A DNA stretch of 64,000 nucleotides from Podarcis melisellensis (lineage: Eukaryota). The position numbers were made by a program, and so were the translations under genes. Below are positions 1-12,858 of this stretch, one piece after another. The DNA is taken from NCBI GenBank assembly GCA_964234715.1, contig OZ174276.1; one strand, 5' to 3'. Position 1 is the stretch's first letter. The number at the start of each line of letters is the position of its first letter. The notes under the pieces were generated by a model. The model was not told where the DNA came from. It was given only the letters and a program-made list of their open reading frames with translations, and ran no database searches.

Positions 1-3000
1 TGTGTGAATTGTGAATGCTCACCTTTTATCAACCCTGTTCACTGCTATCAGTTCCCCTATCTGCTGCTGCTTTGGCACCGCATTTTTCTACTAATTATAC
101 AGCAGCAACATTTTCCTGGATCAGTAATATAGCAATTCTAGACAATGGGGGTTCATACAGAAAATGAGATGATGTCACACAGCATTTGACTAAGCCGGTC
201 AAATTTGGCTGACATCACCAAGGGCATAAACTGTTAAATTCAGAGGGAGGGCAATGCTTTCTGAATAGCTGAGCACTTTTGAAGCAATTGTAAAACACAC
301 ACACACACACACCATTTGAGAATGGCAACAATGTCCAGAAGGAGCAGTGAACTTTTTTTTCCACTTCAGCGCTATTCATAATTGCTTAGCTCCTTCTATG
401 AGTCTTAGCATTTCTTTAAAAAAAATAAGCAGAGGTGAGTCTCTTATATGGTCACTTGGACAGTAAAAACTAGATCAGTCAGTATAATTGAATGGAATAA
501 GTGAAAAAAATCTATTCTGCATTGTCATGAGCACTGCTAGGACTCTCATTAGTCCCAGGTAATAGGTAGAAGAATGCCTATTGTAATGAAAATCCTCAGT
601 GACAAACTGAACTAAGGAATGAGAAAACTACCTGTCAAGCAAGGTGAGAACAGTTCAGATAACAAGGACAAATTTATTCTTGATCCTTGCCTCTCTGTTC
701 CACAGTTATATCTATGTTTTGTTTAGAGAACATGTGAATCTCTTCTTTACTATAGTGAATCGCTCTGCTCCCCTCTCCTCTCCTCCCCTTCCCAATAGAT
801 TGATGGGCCACATCTACTGTGTCTCACCTGATTTCCAAATACCAGCGGGAAAAAGCCTTAATTAGGCAGGGTTATTTAAAGATGTTATGTCCACAAGTCC
901 TAGCTAGAAGGCTTCCCTCGAGACATCTAGTAACAGCTATAGCTTGGTCCAGATAATTTTGTAATCTGGATGGGTTCCAAAAGCATCTGCTATTCAAAGC
1001 ATCGCTTGGTATTTATCTTGAGGCTTTGTAGTTAAATCAGAATGTGTCAGCAGCCTAGAATGCCCCTTTATATCTCCCTTTTGTCCAATTTTAATGCCAG
1101 AGATATTTTGAGTTTGTGTAATTGTTTCAAGCAAGTCAGTCAAAGGGCTTTGAGAAAAAGTCTGTGTGTGTTGGGGGGGGGGGAGAGATTATTTCACTTT
1201 CCATACCGCCTGCTCAGTGGGAGAGGGTAAACAACTGGGCCAAATATTTGCTTATGCACGGTCTTCTTTTAGGGGCAAACTGAGACAAAGAAAGGTAACA
1301 AAATAAAATTTGAAACGAGAGTGTTGAGCTGGCCTAGAGGAAGCTGGTCTACATCTAGATTTTGCTGGGCTTCCCCCCCCCCCCCTTTCAAGAGAGTCCT
1401 TCTCCCCCATCCATAAGATTCTTTCTCTGCAGAGGCCAGAGACGGAGGCTTGCTTACAATCAGCTTGATTGCTTCTGAAGTTCACATTATGTTCAAAGAG
1501 ATGGCTCAATTATGTTATTCTAATCACATCTACTTCAGAAGACACACCTGGTCGGTATGAATATAGATGTGGAAGAAAAGAACACTGTAACAAACACATT
1601 TGATAGTAAATATTATGAAGGGATTCTGTAATGTACAAATGCAAGCAGAGTCCCTGTGGATGCAGATGTGAATATATGTCTATCCAAGGACTACATTCCC
1701 TTTGATATCAACTGGTGTTTTACTTAGAAATGACGGTCGGGGTTTTAGAAAGGCGTCTCAGTGATTCCTTTAAGTAAGAGTATTGATAATCCCCTGATTG
1801 GGGGTGTCCAATGTTCTTAATGTATACTTAAGGCCAATGACACATAGGTTTCTGAAAAATGGGAAAAATGTATAAAAAGGAGGGAACAAGGAAAAGCTTA
1901 CAGAAAAAAAGGGGCCACTATTGTTTAACTTTCCAAGGTTAAGAACAAGTCCCAGAGCTTTGCAAAACCAGCTGTTCAAAGACTTATGAAATTGATTTTT
2001 TTAAAGCAGCACTTTTCTACAACCTTGAATGCAAGAACTTAATACCAAAACAACCACAGGTTTTAATGGGTCACAGAAGTAAAGCTGGAAGTGGGATCCC
2101 AATGAACATGTAATGTCTGCTGATGGAATGGGTCCAAGTTTCTAAGTTTACAAAGATGCAAAGAAAAACTTTCATATGGGCAAGTAACACAAGCTTTTTG
2201 TTTCACTCCAGTTGAGGTTTCCCTTGCAACGCAAATAATAGCTTCAGAGAGGTCATTTTTGTTTAGACTTAAGGCAGGAAAAAAAAAGCTAGTTTCAGCT
2301 GCCAGTGGTCCTGAAACTGCTCAAGCTTCCCCTCAGCTCCTTTTTACATACCATAAAATGTGCATGTTGAATGCATTTGCACAGTTAAAATCATGTCTAG
2401 TTTGGCCTGCAGTCACCTAAGACTTTCATTGACTTAATCACTATAGGATGGCAATGGCTCAGGGTTTTGGTAAACCATAGTTAATCGTTAAACCACAATT
2501 TCTGGCTTAGTGTTATGTAAAAATTAGGGATCATGGTTTGCTATTTACTTACTGATTCCGATTAATTTAGAGCAAAACAAACCACAATCCCTGGTTTGGA
2601 CTCAATACTTAGGTTAGGATCCTGGTTTCTTTCTCCTGTATGCTAGCAAGGAGGAGCAAAGCAGGCAATATTTACTATGGTTTACTGTGACATGCAGATG
2701 AGGCCCAATGTAATTTTTACCTGAAGGTCCAGCTTCCTCCTTATTCAGTGGTGAAAGCAAAGTAAACACATGGAGAAGCCATCCTGACTGCCATACATTT
2801 GATGGGCTGCTACTCAAACCAAGACTTTAAGCATAGTGACACCAGCATTTTAGAATATATTTCCTATTGAAATTAAACAGGCACCTACAATTCTCACATT
2901 TTGTCCTTTAATGAAAAGGTTATTCTTCTGTCAAGCATTTTTAGAGAAATGATTTTATTCATTGTAGGTCACTTGACACTGTACTTTGTAATTTTATGAT

Positions 3001-4943
3001 GCTATAGTGGATTTTTATTGTTTTGTTCATTTGTTTAATTTGGTACACACCATGATACATGCTAATCTCACACCAGGTATATGCAAACTGAGATCCAACC
3101 TGCAATAACAGGACTCATGCATAGCTTTGTTGACACCCTGTGACCAAATCATTTTTGCTTCAAATCATTGGTTCATGCATAGCAGTTCTGCTTTTTGCAT
3201 GTGTTCATTCCTGTTATAATTTCACCTTGCAAGACAGTCCCCCTCACTCATTCGCTGGTCCTATGTATGGGTGGATTATCTATTTACCTCCCGGCTCACA
3301 TGCACACACAACAAACTCATCTATTTCCACATCCTTAAGGATGCTTACAAAAAGTTCATGTCACAATCAATTTATTAGTCTTAAAGGAGCCACAAAACGT
3401 GTTATTTTTACAGCTACGTACCAACGCATCTACTTCTCTAGAATTTGTTTCTAATAGTTGCAGATGTTCATGTCATGTTTTTCACCTGTACTGCAGAGAA
3501 GAGATGGTCCCAAGAGTCCTTGTATGCCCCTCCAGGAGCCAAGGCTATACAAGGAACGATGTCTGCAGGTTTTGATTTGATTAGTCACATTCTGCATCTT
3601 CTGGGTGCCCAGAGGCCTTGTTCCTTCCTAATGGATGCTCTGTGCAATCTCTCTAACTGCACTTGATGGAGTTGAAGGAGATGCCTGTCAGCTTGCAGTT
3701 TACTTCTTTGGAATCAGCTGTACGTATGTGTTGTTCTGTGTGCTCAGGAGCTGCACCTGAATTTACATAAGTCTGGCTGTATGCCCCTGTTCTAACTGTG
3801 GGTATTCATTGGCAAGCAGAGATACAGGGATAACTTAGCCTCATCTGTCTATCCAGCTCCAAACTGCAGCTGATTTTTCTCCTGTTTTACCCCCACCCGT
3901 TCCTTTTAACTAACATTTTCTAAATGGCCTCCATGGCCTAGGAAAGAGCAACATTCATTAGAGTACTGCCTCTTTATAATTTGAGGCTAATAGGACAATT
4001 TCTCTCCTTCCTTAGGAATCTCTAAAGGGAATATATAGAAGCAGAAATCATCCACTTGAAACCGAGCACAGGATATAGCTCTGTCTTTGAAAAAAAGGGA
4101 AATTTCTCTCTCTCTCTCTCGGCTAACAATGCACACTGAATAGCTGAAGATAATCCACTTGCTAATGCTGGGCTTACCAGTCTGGGCTGGCTACCCATGA
4201 AGACCCACAGAAAATTCTGAATGACTTCTGAAAATTCTGAAGGAGTCTAAAGCAAGGGAACGGAAGGGCATGTATGGCAAAATGACAAGATTTAGCTCCC
4301 CCCCTCTCTCTGTGATTTCATGCTTCACAATACACAGACATTGCGGTTGTGCTGGATAAAAACCACAACATGACAAACTCACAGCAACCTGGTATGCCAT
4401 AGCATTTCCCCTCACTCCACCACCTCCAATCCAGCCTCTACTTGGAGTGGAGGTGGATTTCTATAGGTCACTCCAGGGGCTTCCTACTGGGATTGAGGGG
4501 GGGGGGGGAGCCACTGCTGTCAACAGGAGCGTCCCTCCCATAAGGTAATTGCCTTATGGGGGTATTTTTAAGGGGACCACACTGGATGAAGTGTTAAATA
4601 AACCTCCCCTCACTGCATGCTGCAGTCCCAGCAAAAATTACGCCTTTCACAGAAAGCGTTGTGTGCTACTCACTTAACATAATGTGTAATCAAGGCCTCA
4701 GATCCTGTGCACATCTTACATTGGGCTGCTATGGCTTCCCTTGATTAAACACTTTCTGTTCCAGTGACTGAAGGAGACATGGCCCCCAATGGATTCCTTA
4801 CTTGACAAACATGGATTCCAGTGATGTTTTGTGCTCATTAAAAAAACCCCACACCCAACAATTAAACAAAGAAAAAGCAGAACTTTCACCTCTCTTCTAA
4901 ACCCTTTGAAGCAAAGGGTCTAGGCGTGCTGGCTGTCACTTAC

Positions 4944-5390
4944 CAAGTTGCCTTCATCATCCATATCGTCACATTCAGGAAGTGGATCTTCCAAATGAAG
5001 CTGCTGTATCAGAACTCTGGAGGTTGTTTTACCATTGCAATCTTGGTGCTCTGATGCAGAGGTGTGGCTACTGTGTATGCTGCTGGTCCGGTATAGAGAA
5101 GGCACCTGAAGGGTATCTTGGAAGTCAAAAGAGCCTTTGGTTTCCAGTGACTCAATGCGGTGAGGTATAGTGCCATTAATGCTCCCAGTCCGACTGGATT
5201 GCTCTTCATCAGAGCTTTCCCCTTCCTCTGAACTCTGCTTCCCATCCCCGGACAAAAGTGACTTGCGCTCTCCACTTTGGTTGCGACGTTTCAAGCTGGG
5301 AGCCCGCCCTATGCTGTTCCAGCTTGACCTGCGGCTGTTCCAGCTACCTCCGGCACTCCAAGGACTGTGTGGGGAACTCCGGGCGCTCAC
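4944..5390 (-). CDS. CACNA1G: Cav3.1 exon 17 equivalent (447 nt, phase 0/0): II-III loop
   Basis: cccag|GTG AGC GCC...AAC TTG|gtaagt; [12 protein letters not shown]...[27 protein letters not shown]...SEHQDCNGK...DDEGNL. Confidence 0.96.
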
Positions 5391-5582
5391 CTGGGGCAAA
5401 GCAGCGAAGAACAGGTAAGAAAACCAAGCCAGGTGCTAAACAATAGCCACCTGGGGGCTGCACTCAATTAGCAAGGCCTCAAGCCATCAAACATCACAGC
5501 AGGTGCTCTGGTATGTCACACGCTTGGAAACAACCGCTATGACAAGAAACAAACAGCGTGACAAGAAAGACAACTCACGTAC

Positions 5583-5767
5583 TGGAGATTTGAGATCATA
5601 TGTATTAGGATCCATGGAGATGCTACTAGCTCTTCGGGAATCATAGCCTTGAGCCGCTTCCCCATAGATGGCACTTTTCGGCATGGGCATTGGTGTAGCG
5701 GCGGTGTGGATGATGAGCGGAGGTGTTAAGCTCTTCTTTAGCTCTGGGTGGTCACAAAGAGCCATCA
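5583..5767 (-). CDS. CACNA1G: Cav3.1 exon 16 equivalent (185 nt): II-III loop
   Basis: ctcag|TG ATG GCT...TCT CCA|gtacgt; (L)MALCDHPELKKSLTPPLIIHTAATPMPMPKS...YDLKSP, containing the Cav3 motif PPLIIHTAATPM. Confidence 0.94.
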
Positions 5768-6485
5768 CTGAGAAAAACAAAGGACATTTAAGTCATACCC
5801 TAAGGGTGGAGGCACGTGAATGCATGTGTCAATGTCTTGATGCCAACTTGGTGCCATGTGCTTCTGCTCTAAAGGGGGTTCTCCTCCTCATCTCTTCCAC
5901 CCTTGTATGAGTTTCATGTTTTTCTGTTTGTACACTTCTTGTACTCTACTCTCTTTCATTTACCTCTGATCACTTTTCCTAAATACACATGAATTACAAG
6001 TAGCTGTGCTCTGCTTCTTCCATCCCCATTGAGAGATACCAACAAGGCTAGTCTCCCTTTTCTGGTGGATAGTCTTTAACGGCACCCTTAAAGGTAAGCA
6101 GCTTGGGCAGGGGGAAGGAACAACATAATGTGCAGTAGGCTTCTCCAACCTGATGTCATGATGAGGTTGGACTACAATACCCATTGATCCCAGCTGATAT
6201 ACAGCAGTATCAAGTCTTCTTCCCTACACCCCCCCCCCCATGAGAAGAGATCGGCCCATTAAGCTAATGGTCTGTAAGTCATGTATGAAATTTTTAAGGC
6301 CACCAAACAGGACTTTCCTTTCTGAATTCTTTTGATTACAATCATTCAATTATGTTCTCTTTTGAATCAAAATCACATTAGTTCAAAGTGAAACTATTCT
6401 GGAGTTAGACGTTCAAGAAAAACAACACCCGCTATTCATACTAAAATGAAAAACAGTTCTCCTTGAAGGAGCAGCAGCTACTTAC

Positions 6486-6576
6486 AGGCTGGATTTGAGA
6501 AGTTCTTAAGCCCACAGTCTTCTTCTAGACTACGGGGGAAAAGCTCTCCTTCAGAATCAGATTTAGTAGCATCACC
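6486..6576 (-). CDS. CACNA1G: Cav3.1 exon 15 equivalent (91 nt): proximal II-III loop
   Basis: tctag|GGT GAT GCT...GCC T|gtaagt; GDATKSDSEGELFPRSLEEDCGLKNFSNPA(L), compared with mammalian GDANKSESE.... Phase 0 in and phase 1 out fit the neighbouring exons. Not in the ORF track. Confidence 0.92.
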
Positions 6577-9500
6577 CTAGATCAAAACAAAGTGCTTTAG
6601 CAAGCAGGATGAAAAGCGATAGTTAACTCAGGATTCCCCTTCTGAATAAAAGGGTCCTTTCACCCAACAAGATATCCACTGTTCCACTGAAATTGTTACC
6701 ACAATGGGACATCACCTTCCACAAAATGATGCATGCATATATTGATAGCACATCAATTCACTATGCAGTAATCCTTCAGGAAGGGCAGAGAGGCTACTTT
6801 GATTCAAAAGCAGCTAAAGACTTGAATGGGGCAGGAACAAACTGTTTAACCTCCATCAGTTGGAATCTCAGACCGAAACACAGTATTGTGTTACTTGCTC
6901 TATTGGCCAAGTAAAATTAGACTCTATTCTTAACTTACTTTCCTAGCTATTCAGATGAATTCCTCATACACCTACATTCACAGGAAGTCAAAATGCTTCT
7001 TGCTGAAATTGATTTTTTTAAAAAAGATGTTTGCAAATTGCATTGAGACATATACATGGAAGGCGATTCACTAATTATTATCATTATTGATAATATACAA
7101 AATAATTAAGATTTTAACCAGGAATCTGAAAATGTACCTTGGTGATTACAGTGGGTAAGGGAATATGGGTGACAATACTGGAAAATGGGAATATATAGAA
7201 GAAAGTCCAACTAAGTGGGCAGCCCCTAATCTGATTGCTGCATGCAGCTTTTTCAAAAATAGTTAACAATACAAAAAATCTGCAGTCAAAACCTTTTTGG
7301 GAGGACACTTTCTATTCTTAGCTATTCTTTGGGAGGAAGGGTAGAATACAAGTTCAATAATAAAGATAGACTTTTACGAAATTTAGACTGGTACAATCTA
7401 TTGATTAGTAATGTGAATTCATTTATTTGAATGGCTTGAAGAAAATATATATATCCTATCTGGTTGCCAATGAAGAGCAGTGACATGGGTCTACATGACT
7501 GAAATGGTAAGATCTGGGTCATTTGGCTATAGGCAATGGGGTTTTACCACTTGGGCAAGTCCTGTCTAACAAATTAGACGCTTGAAGCTGACAAAAAGCT
7601 TGTCCCTATTTGAGGTTGGCCTAGAGCTTCTTCCAATTCCATGTTAAATAATTCACTTGCTCATTAGCCTCTGACATTTGCTTCACTAACATCATTAACA
7701 AAGGGCCCTCAATACCTTCCCCTTCAGTCCTCTGATCCAATTCACTGGCACATGTGGTGGTAGATGGGAGAGTGATATAACCCAAAAATATAAGCCAGGA
7801 ATAGCATATACAATAATTATTCCAGTCTGATTTCCTGAAGAAATCATAATTCCAGAGAAGAGTAGTCTCCAGGGAGTTTGATGTGGTCAGTGGAAGAAGT
7901 TGATGCAGCGATAACAGAGAAGCCAAGCAAATTTTTACTTTCCTAATTTTCTAGCTATAGTAAGGCAACTACCACAGCAAAGTACAACAAAGTCTACATT
8001 GCTGTTCTAAAAAGCCTTGGCACACCCTGATGACATTTGGTGCTTGGGCAAAAGATGAAAAGAAGAATGGGTAGTAGTTGGGAGGATAATGCTAAATGGC
8101 TGGCTTTTGAAAACAATTTTTGCCTGATTAAAGAGTACAGGACACATCATCAACATAAATGACCTTTATTTTCTCTAATTAAGTGCCTGTGTCTGTTTAT
8201 CTATGTAGCTGAGCACGTAACGTATTTTTTCTCCAATCAAGCTTTGAACTTTTTCTCAGAGATGCTTCTTCATCAAAATAGAGAGTGCACATAAACACAA
8301 AATCCTGCATCTTCACCAGGTCTGTATGTAGGGCATTAGGTCTATTTAGAAATACTCAGTCTCCCCCTATTATGGTAGGTGAGGATTGTTGAGGAATGTA
8401 TTCTGTTAAAAAGGACTTAAACTAATTAGTTTTTTTGTGACACAGAATCAACCTGACTTCTCCTCTTGGAAAGTTTCCCAACAGTATACTAAAGATGAAC
8501 TGATTTATTTAAGACAATAATTAAAACAGGATTAGAAGCAGTAATCTATTAATCTCCACAATTAATGGATCAATTCATTAGTGGTTTAGACATGATTTAA
8601 CCATGCTTTCACAGATAACAAGAGGCATGGCAATAGGAAAGGACAGGGTAATGTTTCTTACTTGATCAAATGCTTATTACTTTAAGGCAGGGCAGGGTGG
8701 TGAATCTCAAACCTTTCAGATTTTGTTGGGCTTTAATTCACATCAGCCCTAGCAAGCATGGCCAATAGTCAGCGATAATGGGAGTTTTACCTCTCCCCCT
8801 TTTTTTCTTTACTCTGCAGCCTTCCGGTAACTTCCAGAGGGCTACAGGTTCTCCATCCCCAGTTTAAATTCAGAGGTATCACAAAGCTTCATGATCAACT
8901 GATCTCTTAACACCAAAAGAATTTGGTCCAGCATAAGGTATCATCTTTTATCTATTTTGTATCTCTTGAGATTTAAAGCGTGGAGTCTTAACTGAAGCTG
9001 CCCCCTGTTGAGATGATGCCCAGAATTAATAGCATTGCTGTAAAATAACTGCATTGCTTCTTTCAATCAGCCAATGCATTAAATACGTTTCCTCAACAGT
9101 AAATTATTATGCTATTTAGTGGAGATAAATGGCTCACTTAATTACCCCTAAAAGGTCAGTTGTGTTTATATGCTTCAAAATGAATATGATACAGGAGTGT
9201 GATGGGCTGGGTTTAAACCTGGGAAACTCCTGAAATAATTCCATGGAGGGTTTCTTCAGTTTGGCAGTCCATTTTTCTGCAATTCTAATTTCTCACTAAT
9301 GTTTCAAGCAAAAATGAGAGAAATTCCTGTTCAGATATGTGCCTTTATAAGACTTGCTGCTTCAGAAAAATAAAGTGTTTTCGATGAGGAAATGTGCCAA
9401 AGCACGTTATGACATTGCATAAAATATCACATGGCAAGCAACTATGTTAGCACAAATGTCCAGAGCCAAACTACTATGTATGTGGAAAAGTATGAATAAA

Positions 9501-11125
9501 AGAGAGGTTAATTAATTAACTACTTGGTGGTTTTTAGAGTGAAGCTGGATTAAGATCCTCAGATTGAACTTTGTTATATCTTTTCATGATTTAGTTTGAG
9601 TTCCTAAAATTATAAATTAAGAACAGGGGGGAGATACTTTTATCCTCCAGCCCTGCAGCACCAAACCCCATGTTTTCTTTGAAATAAAGCACCCCTGCCA
9701 AATAATATACCAGCACCTTTGTCAGTACACTAAGCACTAAGTTTAGCCGCAGAGAAGCATCACCCACCAGGGCTCCAATAGAAATTACCTGTTTTTGCAC
9801 TCCCAGTTTGCCTTTCTGGATGAAAAAGGCATCGTATGAGTGAATGCAGAGTTTAAATCTTTTTTTCCTAGAAGCACAAGTACTTTGAGATGGCCTACAG
9901 GGTATTAGAGATATACAAATGTAGGGGAAGCAGTATCTGGCTATAACACAAGAGGCTTTTCATCTAAATAAAACCTGCTGCTTCCAATGCTGAATGGAAA
10001 TGGAGAAAAAATGGGAAAGGATAGGCACGTGGCAGGAATAGGCTATGGAAAGGGAAGCACAATTTATGAAGTGCTTGATTTCATGGAAATAAATGGAGCC
10101 TTGTAGACCTTTAGTATGTCAACATTTGACATAGCTTTTGTGTCATCATTCTGGGTTGTTGTTTTTTTAATATAAAGAAAACATTGTTAGCATACAGAAC
10201 ATTGTTAGGATTTAGGTCCATCAGCACATCATAACTTTACGAAAGAGTAGGAGTATTAAAACTTTTTTTGACCTTTCCTACATACCCTAGACTGGGAGAT
10301 TTTGCTCAGAGATTATTGCCCAAGTTATCTGCAGTTTTGTTTTTTGTTTTAAAGACACCAGCATTTATTGCAGCTGCCTCGATTTTAGCATTGACTTTTC
10401 CAGAACAGAGTTGTCTCACACATGAGCATCCACAAAACATGCTTGATTTTAGGTCTCTTCTGTCTTTGAGGGGTTTCTTTAATCTCTCTCTCTCTCTCTT
10501 TTAACAAGAACTGGGTGTGGTATGCAAAGCAGTTAACAGCCTGTTTGTAAACCCTGTGCAAGGTCAAGAATACGCTGAAAACAATATGGGTCACGTTATC
10601 TTAGAATTCACTTTAATCCAATGGGCAGTCTCTCAGTGACTTGAATGGTCTCTGGGCCTAAGCTAGTACAGCCCTGCCATTGGTAGTAAGTAGATAAAAC
10701 AATTTTATATTAAGAAAGTAGATATAACAATTTGTATCTCTCCATGAACATGAAACCAATCTACATGCATAAGGGCAAGTGCATTAGCGTAGTAAATGCA
10801 AGCAAATCCCAGTGATCCTGACGGAAATCAAAACCTGGATCCATGGAGTCACAGGCAGCATATTGCTCAAGCATATCGAGGGTTTGGAGAGCACTGGCCA
10901 AGGCATGAAACTGAACTTCCATATGCAAATATTATTTTAAATGGCATCTATCTTTTAGGGAGAAACCAGAAACTTGTGAAGAAAAATCTCACTAGGGAGG
11001 AAGGAAGGAATCCAGAACAGGTTCTCAATTATTAAGGGGACTCTGTTAATTCCCTCAAAGAAGGAAGAGACTTTAAATCAAGGCTAACTTGACAACAACA
11101 ACAAGTCCAAAACCAAACAGCTACC

Positions 11126-11232
11126 ATGATGAGAACAGTGGCAATGATGTGATTGTTCACCACAGAGGGAAAGAATGAGAGAAAAAGAGAGAGAGAGAGA
11201 CAACTATCAGACGAAGTTTGGGGTGTTCATGC
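11126..11232 (-). promoter_or_regulatory. Candidate intronic splicing-regulatory cluster downstream of exon 14
   Basis: On the pre-mRNA strand: GCATG at +16 (11228-11232), a CU-rich tract (~11165-11199) and five YCAY motifs within 11126-11152. Confidence 0.5.
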
Positions 11233-11247
11233 CAAGGTCTTACATAC

Positions 11248-11316
11248 CACTGACGAGTCGACAGGCAGCTGAATACAGCTTAACTGCCTACTCGCTGCTT
11301 CCCGTTTGGTGATTTC
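11248..11316 (-). CDS. CACNA1G: Cav3.1 alternative cassette exon 14 equivalent (69 nt, phase 0/0), II-III loop insert
   Basis: cttcag|GAA ATC ACC...TCA GTG|gtatgt; [23 protein letters not shown] (23 aa). This closely resembles the mammalian exon-14 insert as I recall it ([23 protein letters not shown]). Not in the ORF track in this frame. Confidence 0.93.
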
Positions 11317-12816
11317 CTGAAGTAAAAATGAGGAAGGAGGGTGAGGAAAGGGGCAGGGAAGGAAGGGAAGGCGGGTTTACAGGTTTACTAATTTCAACAT
11401 CAAAATTGAGAGAGTGGATCAAAGAGGGAACGATACTGGTATAAAAAGGATGGAAACAAAAAGGGAAAAGTGAGAGAAAAGGGAAGGCACCCATTGGGGT
11501 CAATTTCGTATCAAGGAGAAGCAGTGGAACAGGTCAGACTACACCTGAGTCGTCTGATGCCTTCATATTTGCTGTGTACAAAGGATAGTTCAAGCTGTTG
11601 AACATCCTTCATGGGGGGGGGGGATCAACCTTACCTTCAAATTAAGAGTTCCAAAGAATTCTTCTTTCATTTATTGCTTGTTTGTATATAGCACAGTATT
11701 AACAGTAATGCATTTTTATATCTGTTTCATAAAATCAAGTGTGTTTCTGAAGCAGAAGCCCCCACCTCCACTCCCCAATGCCACATAGTAAACCACCTTT
11801 AAGGTTCTGATATAGAAAGGGGTATGTGTCTGCTGTTCAAGGGGGAGAAAATATGTTGGACATAATCAGTCTGACTTTGTTGTACAAAAAGGCAAGGTTT
11901 TCATGCAAGTTTCAATTTGTTAGCTAAGGATTTAATTTTCTCTTGCCTGCCATATTTGGTGACAGTACGGTTAATTTCCAGGGTAATGATGTCAGTAAAT
12001 TAGAACCAATTGAAAGGATGACTGGTCAAAAATTTTGACCTAAGCAGAATAGTAAAATATACATATATCAGCTGCTCAATTTAAACTATTATCAAACTCA
12101 CTTGCAGAAAGGAAAGGATAAGCCAGAAAATGTTGAAATGTGGGTTGTTTTTTTAAAGAACAATTTTGTGATAGAAGTGTGTTTTAAGTATAAGGCATGG
12201 CCAACCCATTCCAAAAGCGCTACCAAGAGATGATTGTAAAATAGCTCATAATTTCCTTCCTCCTTTCTCAGGCTCTGTTCCCACACATAGTTTAGGCACG
12301 CTATGACTACTATTATGAATCTTAATTATTTACACACAGCTACCATTCCCTTGCTCATAGGTTGTTTTGTGGTAGGGTACAAGTTCGAAGAATAACTGAC
12401 ACAAAAGAGGGATATGAGATGAGCCAGCCACTAAGGATTGCCTGAGACAAGCGCAGAAACTGTAGGTAACATGAAAAGATTACCAATGGAATAATATGCT
12501 TCATAGATAATATTATCATGAAGTCCCTCAGGAGAGAAGCTTTATCTCCGACAGAAAGCTCTCTCACCAGAAGCCAATGTCCCCCCCCCCCCCGATATAT
12601 CCCCCAGGGTACAGACCTGACAGCTCAGTCAGTAATTTTTGCATTACCAGCTCTGTCAAACAGAGTCACACTCCTCTTATTGCACAACTTACAACTGCTT
12701 CAAATTCAGACACAAAATTCAGACTGAGCATAAATAAATAAATAAGCCACTTGATGCTGCAGGGAACGTGTTATGTGTGCATCTCGCATGAGGCACCAGC
12801 TAGGCTTATGTTTTAA

Positions 12817-12820
<4 letters not shown>

Positions 12821-12850
<30 letters not shown>
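12821..12850. repeat. (TG)n microsatellite
   Basis: Direct read. Confidence 0.95.

Positions 12851-12858
<8 letters not shown>

Noticed and set aside
17-120. Donor-like AAG|GTGAGC on the minus strand near the window start
   Set aside because: The upstream translation has no resemblance to Cav3 and there is no good acceptor.
3484-3565. Minus-strand segment encoding ...KDSWDHLF... and ending CAG|GTGAA, as a candidate exon 18
   Set aside because: Only DSW matches the expected exon 18 peptide (RLPACC.ERDSWS.YIF); the rest and the exit phase do not fit. Exon 18 is probably left of the window.
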